From the NCBI GenBank assembly GCA_964016885.1, contig OZ024757.1:7440001-7504000 (forward strand): a DNA stretch of 64,000 nt, written 5' to 3'. Position numbers and translations under genes: made by a program. How positions within the stretch are numbered: the first letter of the stretch is position 1; each line of letters starts with the position of its first letter. The stretch is from Eledone cirrhosa (Eukaryota). The notes under the pieces are model-generated. The model was not told where the DNA came from and ran no database searches. It saw nothing but the letters and a program-made list of their open reading frames with translations. Below are positions 56,304 to 64,000 of the stretch, one piece after another.

Positions 56304-56490
56304 TCATCATCATCACTGTTTTAGGTCCGTTCTTCCACGCTAGCATGGGTTAGATGTGTTGTCCTGTTGTGGGCAGTGTCTGGTCAGCTGATCTTGTCTT
56401 GCTCATACGGGAACTGATTCTGGCTTGATTTCTACAGCTGGATGCCCTTCCTAGCACCAACCTCATTTACAGTGAGTGCTGGGTGCTTTA
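56304..56490 (-). mobile_element. 3' end of an RTE-related LINE/SINE with an (ATG)n tail
   Basis: 56427-56480 is the reverse complement of the sequence near 63947-64000 (CACTGTAAATGAGGTT...TAGGAAGGGCATCCAGCTGTAGAAATCA), which lies downstream of an RTE ORF end. (CAT)n on the plus strand at 56305. Confidence 0.7.
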
Positions 56491-56949
56491 TATATATATA
56501 TAAGTGATTATTGTGGAGTATACCACTATTTTATTTGCTTAGGTGAGAGAAGCTCTATTCACAATAACATCCTCAGCTCATAAAACAGATGAATAAAACT
56601 TCTATAGTTAAGGTTCTTGTTATTGAGGACAGTTCAGGTCAGAAGAAAATTAATATCCATAATTTCAAAAGATGAAGGTTAATATATATACACATATATA
56701 TATATACAGACATACAGTGTTTACGTATGAGAGAGAGAAATAGACGTGTGTATAGAAATATGTGTGTACGTGTTGTAATAAGTCAAGATATTTCACTTCA
56801 GATACTAGAAAAGTTCACAATGTTTGTGTTGTGATGGAAAATGAAATAATACGTACTTTAGTTGTCAAATAAAGTCAAGAAAATTTAGTAAAAACTAATT
56901 ATTCACTGATTTCTGATTAAAAAAACATTTTCCTGTCCTGTAAAATGAT

Positions 56950-57210
56950 CAGATGGCAGAAGTTGGGCAGTCTGGTGTTTCTTGTTATGTAATTCTACCA
57001 GAATCTCTTCGGGAGCCTTCGAGATGTTGGTCCAGGCAGTGTTGATCTGGTTCTCTATCAGTGTGGGTGTAATTCCAGTGATGTCCGAGTAGAGACTGTC
57101 ATAGTTGAGATGTTGGTGGGCTCGGTTGTTGTAGGCCTCTCTGGTAATAACACAAAACTATTTTCCCTTGTCCGATGAGAGGTATACAAGGTTCTTAGAT
57201 CTGAGGTTAA
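56950..57210 (-). mobile_element. Penelope-like element RT fragment (DKG region)
   Basis: Manual translation gives NLRSKNLVYLSSDKGK*FCVITREAYNNRAHQHLNYDSLY..., then after a frameshift TRLPNFCHLI. These match the PLE DKG..VV....Y and P.FY.LPK.HK motifs. Confidence 0.75.
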
Positions 57211-57592
57211 CTTAGGGTAGCGAGTTGTGGTGAGTATGGGTGTGTTTTTGTAGGATCTCGAGAATAAACTCTCACAGTTAAAACTAACATCCTACAAAAC
57301 ACACACATACTCCCCACAACCTCTCCAGAGGTGAAAGCAGTGATTCTTTGCTTAAACTTTAATCTGTTCTTATAATATATATATAACCAAGTGGAAAGAT
57401 ATATACATATATCTTTTCACTTGGTTATATATTTAGAGAGAGAAAGAGCCAAATATTGTATAAGGTATATGATATATGGGTCTTTCTCTCTCTCTCTATA
57501 TATATATCTTTGTATTTGGTTGTTATGTCTCTCTCTCTCTCTGTCTCTCTCTCTCTATATATATATATATATCTTTGTATTTGGTTGTTATG

Positions 57593-57663
<71 letters not shown>

Positions 57664-57743
57664 TTATATTTGGTTGTTATGGCTCTCTCTCTCTCTATAT
57701 ATATATTTATATATATATATATCTTTATATTTGGTTGTTATGG

Positions 57744-57787
<44 letters not shown>

Positions 57788-57916
57788 GTGAGGTTTTTTT
57801 TACAAAATGAAAAATAACCGGTGTCCTACACGAGTGAAAGTATAAAGAAAAAGAGATGAAATCGAAAATGCAACTGGAGTCTTATTTTTTAAAAAAATAT
57901 ATATATTTATTTGGTT

Positions 57917-57955
57917 CCTTTACCGGTTTCGCAGTTCTTCTGCTTTTCCAAAAGG
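57917..57955 (-). ncRNA. Second hammerhead-like motif in the opposite arm, with palindromic CCGG stem III and one extra G in the core
   Basis: The minus strand reads CCTT-TTGGAAAA-GCAGaagaaCTGC-GAAA-CCGG-TA-AAGG. Confidence 0.5.
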
Positions 57956-58038
57956 TGAGTTGAGATGGAGGGTCTGCGGTTTTTCTCACATCTCATTCTC
58001 AGATGTGAGAAAAACCACAGACCCTCCATCTCAACTCA

Positions 58039-58076
58039 CCTTTTGAAAAGCAGAAGAACTGCGAAACTGGTAAAGG
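58039..58076 (+). ncRNA. Minimal type I hammerhead ribozyme-like motif, U3-A8 core variant
   Basis: CCTT (stem I) - TTGAAAA (core) - GCAG aagaa CTGC (stem II) - GAAA - CTGG - TA - AAGG (stem I'), followed by AATAAA. Confidence 0.6.
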
Positions 58077-58194
58077 AACCAAATAAATATATATATTTTT
58101 TTTTAAATAAGACTCCAGTTGCATTTTCGATTTCATCTCTTTTTCTATATATATATATATATATATACATATATCTTTTTATTTGGTTGTTATG

Positions 58195-58225
<31 letters not shown>

Positions 58226-58245
58226 CTTTGTATTTGGTTGTTATG

Positions 58246-58278
<33 letters not shown>

Positions 58279-58355
58279 CTTTGTATTTGGTTGTTATGTC
58301 TCTCTCTCTCTCTATATATATATATATACATATATCTTTTTATTTGGTTGTTATG

Positions 58356-58402
<47 letters not shown>

Positions 58403-58504
58403 GGTTGTTATGGCTCTAGATAAAGTCTATTGAGCCTCCTTATTGAGAAACACAAACATATCTGATGTGTTATATACTCAAATAATGAATCAAAACACAT
58501 CAAA

Positions 58505-58690
58505 TATGGATTGGCAGTATTGGTAGAGGGTCGGACGTCATGCTTTGATGCATAGAGTTACGGCCCTTTCCATTCTGAGTTCAAATCCCGCCGAGGTCAA
58601 CTTTGCCTTTCATCCTTACGGGGTCGATAAAATAAAGTACCAGTAATGTACTGGTGCTATTGCTGGCCTTGTGCCAAAAGTAGAAACAAT
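58505..58690 (+). mobile_element. tRNA-derived SINE, copy 1
   Basis: A box TGGCAGTATTGG (58512), B box GTTCAAATCC (58579), central domain CTTTGCCTTTCATCCTT..GGGGTCGATAAAATAAAGTACCAG (Meta-domain-like from recollection). Homologous to copies 2 and 3. Confidence 0.85.
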
Positions 58691-58798
58691 TATATATATA
58701 TATATAACTCCGGAAAACCATAACTGTTGAGTGCTTCCAATCTATTGTAAAACTCATTCTTTGATTTATTCATTGAACGTTGTTTAACCTTTAAAAAA

Positions 58799-58841
<43 letters not shown>

Positions 58842-59321
58842 TATATATGCCATTATAGTTTATTGTCACGGCAGGAAAACCTTTAATTACAAGTTTACTT
58901 GACCATACCAACCTGGGACTTAATTTAAGCCAGGCGGTGTTGTCTCCCTTAGCACTAATCACTGAATTAATATCCAGTAACGTCTGCTTTTCTTCTAGGT
59001 TTAGTTAAGCCTTTATCATTAACGTTACTCTATATTTACTATTATATTTTCCCAGTAAACATAATTATCTCACAAAATATTGTATCTATGAGATTTTGAC
59101 ATTATTTATTTTGGGAACAATACCTTAACATCAGCATGAGAGGCTTGTTAGTGCCAGTTAGACAGGAAAATGTCAAAGAATTCTGGCCGGATATGGACGG
59201 TTTAAATAAATAACAGCTCTATTGAAACACTACTGTGTTGTTCTGAGATGATTTCAGTAGAATTTCAAATGGTAGAAGGACAAATATATTCTACATTTAC
59301 TTTAATATAGATTTAAACAAA

Positions 59322-59530
59322 GATGGTAGAATGACAGAATTGGTAGAGTGTCAGATAACCTACCATTGCAGTATTTGTCCTGGTTTTTAACATTCTGAGT
59401 TCAAATCCCACTGAGGTAAATTTTATATTTTATTCTTCTAGACTGGATAAAATATATTATATGTACTACGGTTGATTTAATAAACTTTGCCCTTCCCCCA
59501 AAATTGCTGGTCTTGAGCCTAATTTACAAA
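59322..59530 (+). mobile_element. tRNA-derived SINE, copy 2 (more decayed)
   Basis: TGACAGAATTGG A box, CATTCTGAGTTCAAATCCC B box, 3' end ATTGCTGGTCTTGAGCC shared with copy 1. Confidence 0.75.
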
Positions 59531-59597
59531 TAAATAGAGATTTAACAAGTTTGTTGCTTCAATTTCTCAAAACACTTTTATTTAGTGTGGCTAGTGC

Positions 59598-59790
59598 AGT
59601 AAATTGGCAGTAATCGGTAGAGCACCAGACAACAAGCTTTGCATCATATAGTTATGTCCTGTTACGTTCTGAGTTCAAATCATGCGGAGAGTAGCTTTCC
59701 CTTTCATCCATACGGGGGTTGATAAAATAAAGTACCAGTAATACACTGAGGTTGATTTAACTTTCCCCACGCTCAATATTATTGGCCTAC
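59598..59790 (+). mobile_element. tRNA-derived SINE, copy 3
   Basis: TGGCAGTAATCGG A box, GTTCAAATC B box, CTTTCATCC...GGGGTTGATAAAATAAAGTACCAGTAA. Confidence 0.82.
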
Positions 59791-60403
59791 ATCAAATACC
59801 ATTATTTACTGTGTCTAACAACACTCAGTAACCTATACTATCACTACCCCAATGATACCAGCCAAGACAGTGTCTCAAAATTCTCTCTGGCCTGCAGAAA
59901 CCCAGGTACCAGTTGCCTCATGCTCCTGGCTAAGGACAGAATGGAGAAAGGGTTAACCTGGAAGATAGTGAGGGAGATGTGTTGAAGTAGCCATTAAAAC
60001 CTTTGGGGCCTCACAAGTTTTAAAAACAACAAAGTTCAATAGAATTTTAAACATTTCAAATACCAATGAAGTGTTTGTGTTTGATTTCTTCTAACTACTT
60101 TCAAGATACCATTACATATGGTGTTCTTAACAGATATTTAGATGGGAAAATAACAAAAATATGGAATCACAGACTGGACAAATTCCTCAAATGTAACTCT
60201 TTACTTAATACAAATAGATTGAATTTCAGGAGATAAATATAGTTTATTTAATATGTTATGAAAACCTAATAAATGATTTACGCTAAAAAGACAGAATATA
60301 AAAACCAGGAAAAGACATATACACTCCTTCAATTAAATGTGTAAGGAATTGAACTAGGAACAGTTATTTGTAAATTTCTATTTCAACACAATAAAGCACA
60401 ATA

Positions 60404-60520
60404 AACTGTAGAAATGTGGAACTGGAGAACTGTTGATCTGGAGAAATGTTGAACTGAAGAACTGTAAAACTGTAGAACTGATGAACTGAAGAAATGCTGA
60501 ACTGTTGAACTGAAGAACTA
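60404..60520. repeat. Degenerate short-unit (7-9 bp) tandem repeat, AACTG(T/A)AG-like
   Basis: Repeated AACTG(A/T)(A/T)G words. Confidence 0.75.
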
Positions 60521-60747
60521 AAGTGAGGATGTAACAACAACAGAAATAATTGTGTACTCCAGTAGCTGTAAGGCTGTACTTCAAACCTGTTGGATAAAAT
60601 TGTGTACCCCAGTTTAGCTGAAGTATAATAGGCAAAAATATGAGCACACTTGAAACACATAATTGTGATATGATTGGCTGTCATTAAATAATTGAACCAT
60701 AACGCAGCACTTGTTAAATGACATACAATATGAGTTCAATATGTGAT

Positions 60748-61521
60748 AATGTTGGTGCTGCTTTGTAATATTTCTGAGACAAGACACTGACAGCATTAGT
60801 TCAGGTGATAGAGGGTCCCTCAATTACACACCACAACAGGGAATGTTGGTGTTGACCTCTAACAGATCTGAGACAAGACACTGACAGCATTAGTTCAGGT
60901 GATAGAGAGTCTCTCAATTACACAGCACAACAGGGAATGTTGGTGTTGACCTCTAACAGATCTGAGACAAGATACAGCATTAGTTCAGGTGATAGAGGGT
61001 CCTTCAATCACACATTACAAAAGGGAATGTTGGTGTTGACCTCTAACAGATCTGAGACAAGACACTGACAGCATTAGTTCAGGTGATAGAGAGTCTCTCA
61101 ATTACACATTACAACAGGGAATGTTGGTGTTGACCTCTAACAGATCTGAGACAAGACACTGACAGCATTAGTTCAGGTGATAGAGGGTCCCTCAATTACA
61201 CACCACAACAGGGAATGTTGGTGTTGACCTCTAACAGATCTGAGACAAGACACTGACAGCATTAGTTCAGGTGATAGAGGGTCCCTCAATTACACACCAC
61301 AACAGGAAATGTTGGTGTTGACCTCTAACATATCTGAGACAAGATACAGCATTAGTTCAGGTGATAGAGGGTCCCTCAATCACACATTACAACAGGGAAT
61401 GTTGGTGTTGACCTCTAACATATCTGAGACAAGACACAGCATTAGTTCAGGTGATAGAGACAAGACATATCATTACCTCAAGTGATAGAGGGTCCCTCAA
61501 TCACACATTACAACAGGGAAT
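60748..61521. repeat. 94-bp minisatellite, about 8 copies, with 90-bp variants
   Basis: TCTGAGACAAGA starts at 60773, 60867, 60961, 61051, 61145, 61239, 61333 and 61423, with degenerate partial units at both ends. Confidence 0.97.
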
Positions 61522-61699
61522 TTTAGCTGTTACAAACACAGAAAAAAAGAAAAAGTATTTTGCAATTATATCATTAAACATGACTTTAGGAAGACAAAAG
61601 TTAGACATGGAAAGGATTTTGATTCCAGTTAAAACATATTTAAGAAATGGAGTCTGTAGAAGTGTTATGGTTACATTTTTGATGTTGGTGGACATTAAG

Positions 61700-61970
61700 T
61701 TTAGACTGGGAAAAGGAAGGGTATCTCAGGGTTCACAGTTAAATAGTTTTATCACCAGTGTGTGTTTCTAAGTTACTGTTAGTCACAAAATATTTCCCAC
61801 ATGTTTCACTGGGGAAGGTCCTTTTTCTGCAGTCTGACTATGTGGTCAACACGAATAGAATTCTGAATAAAAGATGTCCAACATGTTTCACACTGGAAGT
61901 TTCTTTCCTCCAGTCTGAAGACATATATGTTTATTAAGTACCAAACTATCTGTAAAAGATTTCTCACATG
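61700..61970 (-). pseudogene. Heavily decayed C2H2 zinc-finger remnant (3-4 fingers)
   Basis: Minus-strand fragments across frames: CEKSFTDSLVLNKHICLQTG, RNFQCETCWTSFIQNS...H, ETCGKYFVTNSNLETHTGDK, FNCEP. Confidence 0.75.
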
Positions 61971-62439
61971 AAATGAAATATTTAATCATGTAGCAACACC
62001 TATCTTGAAACATGTAGCTCACTCTATGTTATCTACACAATATTAACTTTCACTTTAACATGAGATAATTACTACATAAAATATAATTAGATTAATTAAT
62101 TAAGATGGCAGGTACATGGTGTCGTTGATAGTGTTTCCTTTTCCAGATGGTGACATGACTTAAAAGTCCCCTACATAATTTAATACATTCAGAAACAACT
62201 TCAGTTATATTACTTCACACATTCAATCAATAAGCTAATCTTTATTCAGATTTGTGTAAATAACATTCGGAATTTTATATAACTGTTAATATTAAACCAA
62301 AATACATTATTAAAGGTAATAAAATATTTAAGAAATGGAAACGAAAAGAAGGAAAACAAATCAAGCAATGTCACTAATGGTAGAGGGAAAGGGACAGACA
62401 CTATATTCCAGTCTGAGCTGTGATTCAGCCCCACCCTAC

Positions 62440-62625
62440 AGAAACTATGTTTGGAAGGAAACCAGAGTAGAGGATGACCAAGAAAGTCAGGGGCAAATGT
62501 TGTGAGAGCCGAACTCAAAACGCTAAAACTGGAAGAGATGAAGGAACGCATCTAGTGGAGAGATGCCATGCTGAGAAGGACCTGTACAACTGTTGCAAGC
62601 ATGGAATAGTAGATATAATGATGAT
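62440..62625 (+). mobile_element. Decayed RTE-clade LINE 3' end
   Basis: KLCLEG...RG*PRK...VVRAELKTLKLEEMKERI*WRDAML, followed by GCAAGCATGGAA and an ATGATGAT tail. Confidence 0.65.
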
Positions 62626-62768
62626 ACACAAAATATACACTATACATATAAATACTATGTATATAGTGTATGTGCTACATATACACAATATATACACTAT
62701 ATATAGAGTATATGCTACATATAGACAATATATAAACTATATATATACTACATACACATTATATATAA
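62626..62768. repeat. Low-complexity TATACAC/TATATG degenerate microsatellite
   Basis: Directly visible. Confidence 0.75.
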
Positions 62769-62809
62769 TGTTGTCCCAGGGAATAGCTGAAACAGCTTGG
62801 CGCTAATGA

Positions 62810-62875
62810 CATCATAGATCATCATTTAATGTCTACTTTCCCTGCTAGCAAGGGTGGGACAGGTCTTTGCAAACC
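62810..62875 (-). mobile_element. Short RTE-type 3' tail fragment
   Basis: CATCATTTAATGTCTACTTTCCCTGCTAGCAAGGGT resembles 56305-56352. Confidence 0.5.
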
Positions 62876-63339
62876 AGGGGGCAGTGGTTATTCTACATTC
62901 TACTGAGTGTATTTTATTGTGGCACCAGTACTAAAGAGGTTGTCATGTCTTTGACAGAACTGAAGGGTCCTCCCAAACCTTTGTTTGTCAAGAGAAGAAA
63001 ATTGTAAAGTATTTTCAAATGTGAATTATTTCTATAAAAAAAAGTCATAATTTCAACTGTCATGAAAGTACCATCAACAAATATTAAAGTTATAAAATTG
63101 TTTTTATTTACACATAAATGTGGATATTTTGTCATAAATATAAACATAAACCAGTTAGTGTTTGTAAAATAACACATATAAACACATCAATCTTGTTTGT
63201 TTTTCTTATATTGATGGAGTCATAGGTGTGTCACTGTGGGCATTTGAAACTTGGTGGAGCCCTTCACTCACCAGGTTGGAACAGGTGATTTCTTCCAGAG
63301 AAGGAGAATAATAAATATTCATCAATATATATATATATT

Positions 63340-63575
63340 ATTTCGTGGCATTCTTGAGATCATTAATCCCCAGCTGAACATCCCTAGACATCTGATCTAT
63401 GTAGGACATTTTCAGTCATCCCACTAGGGTCTTACTATGTTTGGGTATCCACCACAGGAGCCAGCTCATCAGGGCATCCATTCTTCGGTAGGAATGTCTG
63501 GTATGTCTTGTCCTCGGCTCCCTAGTTATTGTAGTAATCTTCAATATATGGCAGTATGTTTCTTGTTTGATTGAG
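63340..63575 (-). mobile_element. RTE-group LINE C-terminal fragment from a different family
   Basis: REPRTRHTRHSYRRMDALMSWLLWWIPKHSKTLVG*LKMSYIDQMSRD resembles the R.RR.R.AGH..R...LLLW.P.HG....GRP..TYIDQL..D motif. Confidence 0.7.
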
Positions 63576-63603
63576 GAATATATATATATATATATACATA
63601 GAT

Positions 63604-64000
63604 GCATATGAAGGATGACAGCTGCATTAACAGGTGCAGAGTTCTATAAGTCGATGTAAGCCATGGGGTGGGGAGAACCAGGAAGACCTGAGATGAGGTG
63701 ATAAAGAATGACCTTGCCCAATTGTGCCTCTCAAATACAATGACACAGGACCGTGACCTCTGATGTCAGTCGGTAATACAGAAGACCTGACTTCACACGG
63801 GTACAAGCCGAAGCTGAAGCATATAGACAATATCTCCCCATCCCTACCCACTGCAAAAATGGTCATGGAGATATCACGACAAAAAAAATCACCCTGCCCG
63901 CACTGTAAAGTAGTCGTGTAGATACCATGGTAAAAAAAGCACCCACCACTCACTGTAAATGAGGTTTTGTGTTAGGAAGGGCATCCAGCTGTAGAAATCA
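63604..64000 (+). mobile_element. RTE-clade LINE 3' fragment with 3' UTR, running off the window
   Basis: MKDDSCINRCRVL*VD...GRTRKT*DEVIKNDLAQLCLSNTMTQDRDL*CQ is a GRPRKTW...DR..W motif with Trp codons decayed to stops. Confidence 0.78.

Larger units (their letters stand above)
57846..58146. repeat. Long inverted repeat (foldback): arms 57846-57993 and 58001-58146, 7-nt loop CATTCTC; probable Penelope pseudo-LTR remnant
   Basis: The arms are reverse complements with only a few mismatches or indels. Confidence 0.95.
57481..58417. repeat. Compound minisatellite CTTTGTATTTGGTTGTTATGT-(CT)n-(AT)n, about 9 units, interrupted by an insert at ~57782-58146
   Basis: Four units lie left of the insert and five right of it, all in the same orientation. 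Confidence 0.92.

Noticed and set aside
57391-58433. Hydrophobic YI/SL-rich ORFs
   Set aside because: They are translations of (AT)n and (CT)n microsatellites.
58505-59700. tRNA genes
   Set aside because: A and B boxes are present but there is no cloverleaf, and each continues into a shared SINE body.
58690-63177. Remaining short ORFs (e.g. 59782, 60364, 61451, 62246, 62914)
   Set aside because: Low-complexity or repeat-derived, with no domain signatures.

Overview
This is AT-rich, microsatellite-rich eukaryotic DNA. It is probably a coleoid cephalopod (Octopus-like), inferred from the SINE type and the C2H2 zinc-finger style. Bases 1-~49,700 are one uninterrupted head-to-tail array of a 52-bp satellite (about 955 monomers). 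Each monomer carries a hairpin, and the array has nested kb-scale higher-order duplications. All short ORFs in it are artefacts of the repeat. The last ~14 kb holds decayed retroelements: a frameshifted CR1-group LINE (APE+RT), four RTE coding fragments plus shorter tail pieces, a probable CRE-clade fragment, a Penelope-like RT fragment and three tRNA-type SINEs. It also holds two decayed C2H2 zinc-finger genes and several minisatellites. The most notable signal is a 300-bp foldback whose arms each carry a minimal type I hammerhead-like motif with a compensatory U3-A8 core, about 0.7 kb from the Penelope RT remnant. No intact host gene is evident. All calls were made by eye, with no database searches.
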